Origin: Lama glama
Taxonomy: Eukaryota
Assembly: GCA_028534125.1 (NCBI GenBank)
Contig: CM052818.1
Coordinates: forward strand, 47,184,001 to 47,248,000
Reading direction: 5' to 3'
DNA length: 64,000 bases
Shown here: piece by piece, positions 48,490-60,460 of the stretch
Layout: every line of letters starts with the position of its first letter
How positions within the stretch are numbered: the stretch's first letter is position 1
Program-made: the position numbers and the translations under genes
Notes under the pieces: model-generated
Databases searched by the model: none
Seen by the model: only the letters and a program-made list of their open reading frames with translations
Told to the model about the DNA's origin: nothing

Positions 48490-49869
48490 ACCTCAGAGTG
48501 ATTCCAGGTCTTTGGTTCCAGAATACACCTTTGGAGAAACTGACCTGGTTTCCTTGAAGGGTTCTGGGCGAGCCTGATTCCACCCTCAGCTACGCTGTGT
48601 CCCCCGCCCACTCTCCTGGTCCTGAGCATCAGAGCTGCTCATAGAGTTGAAGGCAGTTGGGAGCACTTCCTCCTACAGGTCCCACCTGGTCCAGCTCTAA
48701 GCTCAGCCCTGCAGCTGGGGAGGGTGACAGACATGTGCATGGTGGGGCAAAGCCATTTAGTGGGGAAATCCCTTCAGCTGAGAGTGAACAGAATCAAATT
48801 AGAAGAGGAACATTTCAGTCAGAAAGGAGGGAGGGTTTTTACCGTGGAATTTTATTAGACCAATGAACGATTTCCCTGGCAGTAGCGGCTGGTCACTTGT
48901 GTCATTTAAAAAGTCGGCTGAGATGATGCACAGGGGGTGCTGGCAGAGGGACAGATGAGGTGACCTAAGAGGTTTTTTATTGCTCCAACTTCTGTCACCA
49001 AATGAAACTTGAACAGCCTTTTCACATCTTAAACAGAGCAACGTAGAGCAATTATGAAGGTTCCATCCATTATAAAATGCCTGTGCTAATAGCACGTAAG
49101 AAATGTGCCGCTTGGGACCCACTGATCTCCAGTGAATGGGATTTGGATGGTTGGGTGGAAGAGGACTTGAAACACGGGGGCAGGTGACGTAGGAGAAGGA
49201 AGGTGGATGCAGGGTGGCTGCGCTCAGGTCCCTACAGATCCTCAACACGACAGTGGGGAGGGGCAGGGGAGGGCAGCAGGGAAGGTAATGGCTTTTTCGT
49301 CTTCTCTATATCACTTTGCAAAACGATGCTACCATATGTGCTGTTATATTTAAATAGCAGATGTGGAAAACTCAAAAAGTGGGAAAGTGCCAAGGCAGGG
49401 TACCATTTGCAAACAGGTTTTCCAGGGAAAACCGACTTCTTTGCAAGGTCTGGAATTTATCGCATCCATTTAGCTTCTAACGACCGTGGTCTATGCAGCA
49501 AGGAGCGGTTAGTGGTTCTCTCTCTCTCTCTTTTTCTCTGGCTGGTAACGGACGGAGCATGCAGCTCTGAAGAAGCCTTATGTGTAATAGGTTTTCACAC
49601 TGTTAGGGAGCTGGGCTGGCCTCTTAGCAGTGTAACCGAAGTGGAAAAGATGGCAGAGCCCTCACTTTGCATCAGAGAGATGCATGATGAGGGCAAAGCC
49701 TTCGTGTTTTCCTTAACAAGGTGAGGGACGCACTCAGGAAACATGCAGGGAACGGACTGGACTTACTAAGAAGAAAAGAACTGTTCTGCCCAACTCAGAA
49801 TGTATAGATTTAATTAGGAGGCTGATCAGTTGTGGAAAACGCAGGCAAATGACAGATTTGGATTCAAAT

Positions 49870-50045
49870 CTTGTTTCCACAATGTATTAACTGTGGGATT
49901 TGGGGCACGTACCTCAAATGGACTGAGTCTCCAATTCTTGCTGAATGCAGCAGGAATAACCGTACACCCCCTTCAAGGTCGTGCTCAGAGTTCAACGTGA
50001 TGGCATTCACATGAATCTTGTTCATCCTATACAAGCTAGTTGTCA
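49870..50045 (+). mobile_element. MIR remnant
   Basis: ggattcaaatcttgtttccacaatgtattaactgtgggatttggggcacgtacctcaa..ctgagtctc. Confidence 0.7.
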
Positions 50046-51963
50046 TTACTGTTAATTAAATATGCTTCATTAGCTCAATTAACCACTGGTTAATTATGAA
50101 GTTATTCACAAGTTTAAATCTGTATTATAATATGCTCATTCTGCATTATTAATATTGGTGCTTATTCAATAGTAACTAGAGAAACAGTTTAATACTCTAA
50201 TGTCACATGAAATACCAAAAAATTAAACATCAGTGAAAAAAGTTTGAGAATAAGAAAAATTAGTCACTATCATTTAATCATTTATACGCAATGTAAGTAA
50301 AAGCGATCTCCATGCATGCGTTTAATAAGGTAAGGCTGCTTTGACCCCATGGGCATTTTAATATGTGTATTTTGTTATTTCAGATAAAAATCCCCTGGAA
50401 TTATCATTAAGAAAAAGGTATTATGAAGTAATGCAGACGACAGAAATCCTCACCTCCTCCTTGACATTCAGCCCCTCGCTAATACTGGGGTGACAGTTAG
50501 ACTTGAGGAAGTGCCGAGAATGACATGGTGATTAGAGACTGGACGGTATGCAACTGAAAAAAAAATACAATCAGATTTACATACTGTTAATGAGTGTACA
50601 TTTTACTATATTCATAGGACACCTGGTACTGTATTCATGGTACACATGACTGAGAAATTAATTTAGAAAAAAAAACTGAATGGCTTGTTTTAGATTTAAA
50701 GTAGGTGTGCTTGTCCCAGTGCCCACAGTGACAGAACTCACAAGTGTTGAGGTTGAACTAAAGCTTGTGCCTGGTTAGACTGACTCCAGCTCTTTCCTTT
50801 GGGACTCACTGTTCCAAGGAAGAAGGATGCTCCCTGCCTCCTCTCTGGGGAGCCTGCTGTGCCACATACAAAAAAAAAAAAGGACACTATACGCAAGAGC
50901 ATTGGGGGTCATGTCTGAAACTAAGTTGTGTGCTTTGAAATTGTTTCTCTCCGTGTTTCCCCACTGCCCCTACCAGTTGGCTCTTTATTAGAAAAAGTCA
51001 GAAAGACTAGTCATAACTTAGCTTGGATTTTCAGAATTTAGTTTTGATTATCAGGAGCCAAAACCTGAAGGAATTAGCATCCAATATATCTCCAAAGAAT
51101 AGGATTTCATAGACTGTGGACATAACTGGTCCCTTTTCTCTTCTGTATCCCACCTGTATCCCAGAGAAAGGGAATCTAAATGCTGCACACACCAGCTGAG
51201 CTAGTCAGATTTGTTCCGAAGAGCTGGATTCAGGCAAGAGTTAGACTGGGTGTGGGTTTTGCACTGTCTGCTCACTTCAGATTCCATCTTAGAAAGGGGC
51301 CAATTGGGGTGTTAGTCAATGAACGTCCCTCAGTGTGGGGGACCCAAAACAAGGGAACCTATATCTTACCTTTACAGAATCTAGCCTAGGGACTCTTCAT
51401 GGGCTCCCCCAGCCAGACTGGAACTGAGCAGGAAAGGCTCCCAGGATCACCCAGCTCGGCATAGGGGGGAGGATCACAGATTTTCCAACATGTCTTAAGC
51501 CTTCATTCTTTACCAGTGGAGATAAGAGCCAATGAAAAGGCATTTTGGGTACCCATGTCCCAAAGCAGAGATCATGACAGTTCAAAGGTCATAAAAGGGG
51601 GTGCAGGGGGTCTAAGAGCCCCATTCAGAGGGACTTCCGAGGAGGGCACAGCCTGACCTCAACAGGATGGCCCTCCTCCACCTGTCCTGTGAACCGTGAG
51701 CCTACCAGGAGTGCTGTTAACCCCGGATGAAGGCAGGAAGGAAGGGGGAAAAAAATCTGAATTTACAGATCGACAGAGAAGAGAAATTAGAAGTGACCAA
51801 ATTTTCCTTAAACTGGTAAAGATTACTTTTCTGTGATAGGTTGAAATGTGAGCCCAAGATGGGCAGTAAGATACACTGTAAAATAAACAAAGAAACAAAC
51901 AAATAAATAAAGTCATATTTCTAATTACTTGAGTCCATGATTTAAATCCACAGCCACATAGCC

Positions 51964-51986
51964 ACACACACACACACACACACACA
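51964..51986. repeat. (CA)n microsatellite
   Basis: Directly visible. Confidence 0.95.
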
Positions 51987-52049
51987 ATAATGCCAGAAGA
52001 ATTGTTGGAGATAATTTTTGCTGGAGGGACTATGGGGAATTAAAAACTC

Positions 52050-52300
52050 GGAGCTTCCTCCACGTTAGAAATGCTTTTTGGAGGAGAAGGATGTGAGTTG
52101 GCAGTGGGCAATGTTTGAAGAGGGAGGCATGGCAGGAACATTGCAAGAGTAACGGAAGATGTGGATAAAGCATCCTTGGGGTGAGGGTGAGGGCTGTCAG
52201 CTTGGATAGAACATTCATTGGAAAGTGAGCTGGGGGGGTGGATGGAAAAGCAAACGCAGCCAGTTTGCTGAGACTCCAGTGATGAAGACCCCTCCTCAAA
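52050..52300 (-). mobile_element. L2 remnant
   Basis: ttagaaatgctttttggaggagaaggatgtgagttgg..ggaacattgcaagagtaacggaag. Confidence 0.5.
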
Positions 52301-53841
52301 ATGCGTAGAAGTGCTGAGTGACACACAACAAGACAGGTTTTTTTGTTTTGTTTTGTTTTTTAATATTGATGGGTGCTCAGAAGGAAGAGAAGAACATAGC
52401 TGAACAGCAACACCCAAGAGAGTGCAAAGCCCACGCTGTGGAGTTCTGTTGGCCCCACGGAGCCCAGGGAGACACTGGTGAGATGTGGGTCCTGGAAGCT
52501 GGTGGCTCACATAGACATCACAGGTCTTGATTTGGGTCAAGTGGAGAGAAGAAGCTGGAATCCATGTAAAAAGACAGGATCTGGAGAGGATCAGTGTTTC
52601 AACGGGATGTACTGGAAAAACTACATGTGTGGCCTGAAGAATCTAAAAGGAAGCTCAGCATCCAACCAGGGCTCTGGACAGGAGTGAGATGTCTCTGCTA
52701 AGGCATCAGATCTGTGACTCATCCAACGCCCACAGCGGACAAAGATGCAGGGAAGTTTCCATAACACCTTGTGCAGGACAGTTCCAAGGTGGGCCCACAG
52801 CAAACAGGAGTGTAAGACTGCTCTGCAGAGCACTTTACGTAGGGCCTGTGGGACACCCCAACAAGACCAAAGCCTGCTGAAAATGGCTTAAGTGAGAAAA
52901 TCACACGCCCCGTGGGGAGATGAACCACTGTGACGCGCTGCCAGCCAAAGCAATAAACACAAAATTTCCACCCTGGGAACTAAAACAGAACCACATGAAA
53001 GAAGCCATAAAATAAAACATTGAAGGTGATTAAAAATATTTTAAAAAATAGAAATCATAATGGTCCATGGATACCATGATGTGAGGTGAATTCTGAAAAC
53101 AAATCAAATGACACTTGAAATTAAAAAAAATATATATATATATATATAAATTAAAAACACAAAAGCAAAACAAAAAGCAGATGACAAGAAAACCCACAAT
53201 GCCGCGGTCCACGCGCTGAGATAAGTACTCAAAGGCTGCTGTACAGAGGTCCAGTCTCAGCACTAAAAGCACCCAGGAGAGCTGGGAGGATTTCCCAAGA
53301 ACAGAGTGCCCTGTGACCTAGTCTTACAGCACTTAACAGAAAAACCGAAAGTGGCTGTGACCTATTTTCACCCTCGTTTCCAGCAAGCAGGACCCGTGGT
53401 CTATACTCGCAGTGCGAGTGAGCTTCTGAGGTGTGCCGGGCACAGCCTCACTGCCCAGCCCCGAAAGGCAGGAGCTGGGGTCTCTGCTGGGAGGCCAGTG
53501 ATCGCAGCAATCAAACCATTTCTCTTTTCCTACCTCTGCGTTCATGATTTTATGTGATTATCACAAATTCAAACTTTATTTTGGTTTATCCGTAACCTTC
53601 CGCCTGTTGTGTTTCTCTTTTTGGCTTCTGGACAGAACTGACCTCGCGTGGTTCATGCCTCCCCACGCTGCTGCTCAGACTTTCAGAGCCCATCAGAATT
53701 TCCAGGATATCATGTAGCTGCTCACACAGTTATCTGGGTACATCTCAGAAAATCTACCACAGTTTTGATTAAAAAAAAAAAACTTTCCGTGTAAAACATG
53801 TAATCAGCACAGCATCTCCGTGAGAACTTTGTGCTAGAAGA

Positions 53842-54000
53842 AATTTTTAAAATTTTATTTTAATTTTTTTTTGTTGGGGGAGGCAATTAGGTTGTTTGTT
53901 CGTTTGTCTGTTTGCTTTTTTAAATTGAGGCACTGGGGATTGAACCCAGCCCCTCATGCATGCTAAGCACGCACTCTACCACTGAGCTCTACCCTTCCCC
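53842..54000 (-). mobile_element. tRNA-Ala-derived SINE (vic-1-like)
   Basis: Minus strand ggggaagggtagagctcagtggtagagtgcgtgcttagcatgcatgaggggctgggttcaatccccagtgcctc, then cctaattgcctccccc; flanking repeat tgtgctag (53830-53837, 54001-54008). Confidence 0.92.
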
Positions 54001-54379
54001 TGTGCTAGGATATTGTTAAATTTATTACTTGATCAAGAATTTGTGTACATTTACATAACATATTTAATACACATATTTATACATCTATATATAGTATATA
54101 TTTTTTATTCTGAATGGGTAAAGATTATTTTTAGAAAATAAGTTCCTCTGGTCTTAGATTCCAGTTACATAAAGGGGGTGGTTTCTGATCCTTCTGGGGA
54201 CTACATTACCTGAAAGCTCTTGTCCCTAATTCAGAGCCTTGTGATACTTCAAGTGTCTTTGCTGTGTGCTGGGATTACGTGAGTTAGCGAGAGAAGTTCC
54301 ATGATCTCATTTAACAAATATTTAAAAAATGTCTCCCATGTGTATGAAATGCAGGGCATTACAGGTTGTCAGGAGTGCC

Positions 54380-54560
54380 CTAAGCCCTTGATGCTCATTA
54401 TGTCCTCTGTCCTTCACAACGATCCTAATGAGGGCTGTTCACTGGCACCCCTCGATTTAGGGGTAAGAAAACTGACGCTTAGCAAGGTTAAAGACTGCGT
54501 CCTCAAGTCAGGCAGCTCATACGTGGTGAAGCTGGTGTGTGGGCCAGGTCTGTCCAGTTC
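54380..54560 (-). mobile_element. MIR remnant (interrupted by a MER20-like element)
   Basis: ccttcacaacgatcctaatgagg..gtaagaaaactgacgcttagcaaggttaaagactgcgtcctcaagtca. Confidence 0.7.
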
Positions 54561-54566
54561 AAGGTT

Positions 54567-54791
54567 GTCTGTTTCTCAACGTGGCAATTTCAGACAGGGT
54601 CCTTCTTTGCTGGAGGAGGTGGTTTGGATGGGGCGGTCCGTGCATTTGGGATGATAAGAGGATCTTCCATCTCCATTCACGAGATGTCAATGGCACCTTG
54701 CCAGCCTCCCCAGTGTGACAACCAAAAGTGTCTCCAGGCATTGCCAGGTGTCCTGGCGGGGGACAAACGTTGCTCAAGTTGGGAACCACTG
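54567..54791. mobile_element. hAT-Charlie MITE (MER20-like)
   Basis: ccccagtgtgacaaccaaaagtgtctccaggcattgccaggtgtcctgg..gttgggaaccactg. Confidence 0.85.
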
Positions 54792-55939
54792 ATTCAATTC
54801 CATAGTCCAGCTTTGACCACTGTGCAGTGTTTCAGCTCATGAGAAAACAAACTTCACCTAAGAAATTCAGCCTGGTAGAAAACTCATTTCTCCCAACGTG
54901 GGTCTCGAATTGATGAGTGACCTCTCTCGTGATATGTCCGGGGAGAGGAGAGAGCAGCAAAAGGTGTGATCACGTCTACTGGCCTCCTTGGCCTCCACCT
55001 GTAAAGCAGGTTTTCCTTCTCGGGGAGGATAATTTCGTTCCCGTCCTCAGAGAAAGCACTTTCTTCCCTCTCCCATCAAGTAACACGCTGGTCACGATAG
55101 GAATCTTCCCATCGGCGTTCTGAACGTCTGGTGATGTCATTCGTTTGTCTTCCTGCTCCAGACTGCTGCCTTTCCCTTTTACAACTGCCTCGATGTCTCC
55201 CCATCATTCCATAGCTGGCACCAAGCGGGGGAAAGGCAGCTTGAGAAATGCCTCCTCTTGCTTTCAAGTTAGCGTGGAGAAGGATGGAAGTTTACATGAG
55301 TTGAAAGTCTTTCCCGGAAATTAAATGGCAGTGGCTTCTCCTTAGTTGTCCAGGGAGGAACCAGACGTTGCCAATGATCTCTGTCCAAATTGGTCATTAA
55401 GGGGGTCTCATGCAAAGTGAATATTACCATCAGAAACTGCAAATTTTATTGCCACGTGGGCCGGAGAGCCCGTGATCTGCATTCAGGTGGAGCTGCAAAA
55501 CGGCCGTGGCAGAAAGTCGGTCGTTTACCAGGGCTTAATGACTAATGCCCCACCCAGTCTGAATGAGCAAGACTTATGACGGAACTGCTTTGTCCGGCTG
55601 AGCTCCCTGTGGTTCCCCAAGAAATCACAAAGCCCAGCGGCAGTGAGGGACAGTGATGCCTGTGCCTGCTGCTCAGGGACAACCTTGTCCTCTGCCTCAG
55701 GGGGAAGGGGACTGGACAGCCCACCAGCTCTGGATCTGGGTTAAACTTACATCTCAAGAACTGATGCTTGAGGGTCGCCTTCAACAGTCCCGGTCAACTC
55801 CCACTTCACTACTGTCAAGGCTGAGGGATTGACCCACCTATTCAGGCCAGATTCCAGCTCATTCATTCTTACCCAGAGGGGTGACACGGAGAAGGCTCAC
55901 ATGAACTGAGAGGCACTATACTGTAGAGATACCATGAGA

Positions 55940-56150
55940 GCTTCCATACTGAAGTCAGACCGCCCGGCTCTGCCACTGGAGAAAACTTGAACAACATTCT
56001 TAACCTCTCTGCATCTTGGTTTCCTCGTCGCTAAAATGAAGACAACTAAGAGCACTTTCTTTGTGGAAAGCTGGGTAGGACTGAATGACTTAAGCCATGT
56101 TCTTAGAACATTTCCAGGCTCGTGGAACATGAATGGTTATCATCATCATT
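55940..56150 (+). mobile_element. MIR remnant
   Basis: agtcagaccgcccggctctgccact..cttaacctctctgcatcttggtttcctcgtcgctaaaatgaaga. Confidence 0.8.
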
Positions 56151-56849
56151 ATCCCATTACGGTCATCAATTTGTTTGTTATTTTGAAACTGGTGCTCTCC
56201 AACAATGTGAAGTCATCTGCTAAACACACAGGCCTGGAGGTTTTATGGCTTCACTTGTTTATTTATTTGCTCACTGTTAATCAACCATTGGTATATTCAC
56301 TTAGTCTTCTCTCCTTATTCGTCGATAAATACACATCCTCACTGAGCGAGGCTCTGCGGACACAGAGGTAAGAAAGAGCCTCTGCCTTCCTACCTTTGCA
56401 GACTTCAGAGATGGGTGGGAAAAGCCAGCATGGATGGGATTGGATGCCCTGAGCTATGTTAGGAGCTGACGTAGAGGCACACTGGCCGCCATGGGGACAC
56501 GGAGGGGCCACAGTGCCTTGTGGAAGCATTGATCTGGATGGACTCTTTGGCACCAGAAGCCAGAGCTGTATTATTTTATTCCACTCATTAGAACAAATCC
56601 ATGAAGGGCATTTCATTGTCGCCATTCTACAGAGGAGGAAGAGGAGGCTGTAATTCTCCACACCACCTATGCGTAGAGGAACTGCAGTCACACCCAGACC
56701 TGGGCTCCACGCCCAAGGTGCACTTCCTCATGAAGCCTCCAGGTTGATGAGGAGAGGTGGACACTCATCACAAACTTGCTCCAAATTAGAGACTCATATT
56801 CTTTTTGTTTCATAATCCCATTCATAATGAGCCGTCTCTTCAATAATTT

Positions 56850-57105
56850 TTCAACAGGCAACACTGAATGTTGAATTCAGAGACCCACCATCACCAACCG
56901 TCCTTCCCCCGGTCTTCCTAGGGTTGGCCGCTGCTGACAGTACACAATCCAGTCCTCCAGGTCTTTTTTAGGTATTTACAAAATGCATGAACATGCCCAT
57001 ATATACACAAATCACTGTTAATCACACAACTGACTTGGAGAGTTTATGACTTGATGGACAAGGTGGTATCTCTCCACATTTCTTTTACCAACTTAACGTT
57101 TCCAT
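56850..57105 (-). mobile_element. Ancient L1ME-like 3' fragment
   Basis: gggttggccgctgctgacagt..tcctccaggtcttttttaggtatttaca..ttttaccaacttaac resembles a reversed L1ME3-type end. Confidence 0.45.
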
Positions 57106-59879
57106 GGGACCAAAAATTATTTCTCTTTTTCACTTTCTTTGGCAATGGTATCCTCAAGCAAAAGAGCAGGAGAGCATCATAACCTGAGGGCTTGGCCAGG
57201 TTGAGCTGTTTGTGAGGGCAAAAGCACCTCGTGGCCCCTATGCTGTGTGTTCAGTAGTCCCAAGAACACATCTCCAGGGAGCAAAGGACACCTGCCGTGC
57301 AGAGGTCTGCTCTAGTGGAATTAACAAATAACCCCTTTGCTTCCATTTGATGCCACATACCCTTGAGCCAGGTGGCAAGCTCACGATGGCAGCCTTTTTT
57401 CCTGGAATGCTTTGGTCTCCAGCCATGGGAGGTGATCCACTAGGGGGACCTGCACCTGTCAGATGTGAGTGGTTGCCATCGATGGGACCATCCATCCAGG
57501 CTGGCTGGAGCCGTAAGTGCATGTCGTAGAGGAATGGACAAAGGCTTCCCAGACCAGATGTTGCTGCTGGAAGCAAGGAAACCTCTCTCTGCCTGGCGCT
57601 GCTGGGGCCCAGCTGGGCACACGAGCCAGGCTCCAGCCACACACATGCCCTGGGCTCCGGCCCCTTGCAGGTAGCCGGGCGTGCAGAGGCCAAGAGATGA
57701 AAGGCTGTTCTCCAGATGTCCCCCGCTAAGGATGAGACAGCCTGTCCAGAAATGTCATGTTTGGCAGCTGCTGAAAACTGCCTCCTACTGCTCCTGGCTC
57801 ACGGCTCCTACAGGGCAGGAAAGATGCTTGCAATATAGTCTCCTAAAGACATGGCACTAAAGGGAAATTTTGGCTTCACTCATATTGATTCTGAGCTGAC
57901 GATGTGACGTGCTTTCTTGGTATCTCGTTAATGGCATTTTATGATGTGATGAGAACCATAGTTATTCTGCTAAAATGTCTCTCTGATCATGTCATCCACT
58001 CGTGGCTTCCTAGGTGGTAGGTATCAGGATGGAGCTCAACTAGTCTCCATGGCTTTAGTTACAGGACTGAACATTCCACACACTCTCGCGTCCCACTTGG
58101 AAATGAAGTGTAGCTTTTTGATTTTCTTCCTTATGAGCCCTCGCCCTGCTGGGCAGCAGGAGAACCGAAGGATTTGCCAGTTGATGAGTTTGCAGGCTCT
58201 TCTAGTCTGAACACAGACTCCTCATGGAGGAAATATTAGCTTTTAACAAAAATTCAACTCATGCATCTTTCAGTGGCTACGGTCAGATACTGTGGTGCCT
58301 TGTAAATGCCCGGATTTCTCCAGATGCACTTTCTAGCCCTTCTCCCTGCGACGGCACCCGGGCGAATGAGGACAGCCACTTGTTCTCGTGGGAACTGGGG
58401 GGAAGAGGGAAGGAGGGGGATTCGTGAAGCCTTATCTGGATCTTGGCTCTGTACTGCTTCGGAGCTTTTCTGGTTTGTTTCCTGGACTGGTGACCACAAG
58501 AGAATCTGACTCTTAGAAAATATTTTAAAACTAACATATATACACATATGTATTCATACTTATATGCAACACACACTCATGTACGCGTGCACACACGTCT
58601 GCCTCCCTTGACTTCTCAGCACCCCCCGTCTCTCCAGCACTGGCCCCGTCTTCCGCTCTCCTTCTCCCTTGATTCGGGCTTTAGCTGCACTGATTTTTCT
58701 CAGAGTTGCTCTGTTCTCTTCTGCCGCTAAGACTTCATGGCTGTTTTTCCCCTTGTCCCAGGCTAACGGCTTCTCACCCTCCAGATCACACGGCAGTAAC
58801 CTTGTCTGGGTTTCCTTTCCGGGACCAGAGGAGGCTAGGGATGGGCTGCATCCCTGTGTGGCTGTGTCCTCAGGATGCCCCATCTCCTGCCTTGTTGTCG
58901 CTGTCTGTGTCATGTCTCCGTTAACTGCTGGAATACAGGGGCCACACACGTTTCTGACTTGCATTGCCCACGCCTGACATGGGGTGACCTGAGGACAAAT
59001 GAATAAATAAATGAAGGAACAGACACGAACCACAGAGAAATTTCCTACAGATGACCCTGGGTATCTAAACACTGCTCAAGAGAAGGCCTTCCAGGTCTTT
59101 TTGGCACCAGACCCTACCTGTCAGCTGGAAGGATGCTCCCTCTGGAGCAGGATGAAGGCCAGTCCCTCCAGGTTGGACCAAGGAGGGTCAGCGTCAAAGT
59201 GGGGATGAGTGTACACAGCACAAACCCAGTAGCGTAAGCAAGGCCCCTGGGGGAGGGGGCAGCTGGGACTCCCCACGACGTGACTGGGGTTCACTCTGCA
59301 CAGCCGGGTCATGGCTCCCTGAGTGGTACCATTCCATCCCAGCCACAAACCTATTATCGTAAAAAGTCTGATTGGAAAATGAGCAGCTTTCGTGACAGGC
59401 GTGGACACACGTGGACCCCGCGGCGTCCTTTTCCATTCTGTACTTCTCACGCTCCTGGAGAAAGTGCGTCATGATAATCACAGAAAACAGAGCAAGGACA
59501 ATGATGTTCCGGCCTGTGCAAACCAGGCGTCACATGGCCAGGTGGGTGCTCTCACAGCTGTGGCTGTGCTTCCTCACATCACAGCCCTCGAAGCAGGCAT
59601 CACGCTTCCTCGTCTCGGATAAACAACCCATCTCAGAGCCCCGCACCTCACATCTGAGTGGCCCAGCTGGTACCCATCAGAGCCGGGCTGAACTTCTCAG
59701 GGCCCACGGACCCCAAGCGCTTGCTGCTCCCCACTTCCCACGCCGATCTCTAAGTCACCCCTCGTAGTAACCCAGAGAGAACCCCAGAGTCAATAGTGGC
59801 GAAGTAGGGAGGGTTCACCTTTCTATTTTAATGGGAATCTGAGCCCCCAAAACCAGAGCAATAATGCTGGTCAGCGCTC

Positions 59880-60112
59880 CCTCTTCTCTGGAGAAACGAA
59901 ACTCAGTTTTCACTATTAATTCTCCACCTCTGTGATAGAGAAATATGACACAATAGAGAAAAAAAGGAAAAAGACAATAAGTGTTCACCCCCTCCACAGC
60001 TGACTCAAAAACTTCCACAAGTGCCCTGTATTTATAGCCGGAGAGAGGGGCGCGGGGAGAGACAGCTGCCGGCTGTTATTTCGAAGAACTTCAGGCTTCT
60101 AACCAAAATAGC
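59880..60112. promoter_or_regulatory. Candidate promoter/enhancer (ISRE, E-boxes, AP-1, minus-strand TATA/MEF2-like site)
   Basis: AGAAACGAAACT 59892-59903; CAGCTG 59997 and 60063; TGACTCA 60001; TATTTATA 60029-60036; GC-rich 60047-60057. Confidence 0.4.
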
Positions 60113-60346
60113 GTCTGAACTTTTGAAACTCCCATTCTAATAGTCTCCAGGAGGCGTGAACCGATATCCTAGAATTTGAGATGGTATTTTTAGTCTTGAG
60201 ATAATGTGTGCACTTTCCTCCCTCCCTTCTTCACTATCCTCTCCTGCTCTGTTAAGCTATGCTTTCTAGAGAGGGGAGGGTCTCCTGCAGGACCAGTGCT
60301 GAGTGAAGTGTGGATTAGAGCTCCACTTAAAAGAAAAGGAAGGAGC

Positions 60347-60460
60347 GGGGATGGTAGAGCTCAGTGGTAGAGCATGTGCCTAGCATGGACGAGGTCCTGG
60401 GTTCAGTCCCCAGTGCTTCCACTAAAAATAAATTAATTAATTAAAATATTTAAAAAAAAA
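60347..60460 (+). mobile_element. tRNA-Ala-derived SINE (vic-1-like, short form)
   Basis: ggggatggtagagctcagtggtagagcatgtgcctagcatggacgaggtcctgggttcagtccccagtgcttcca and an A-rich tail, preceded by TT/AAAA. Confidence 0.9.

Noticed and set aside
50384..50417. 34-nt microexon (tttcag/...AAG/gtatta)
   Set aside because: Weak donor, length not a multiple of 3, and the upstream gtaagg donor would give an implausibly short intron of about 53 nt
60347..60422. tRNA-Ala gene (also 32281, 53930-54000, 5230-5307)
   Set aside because: Mismatched stems, A-rich tails, flanking direct repeats and multiple diverged copies identify these as SINEs
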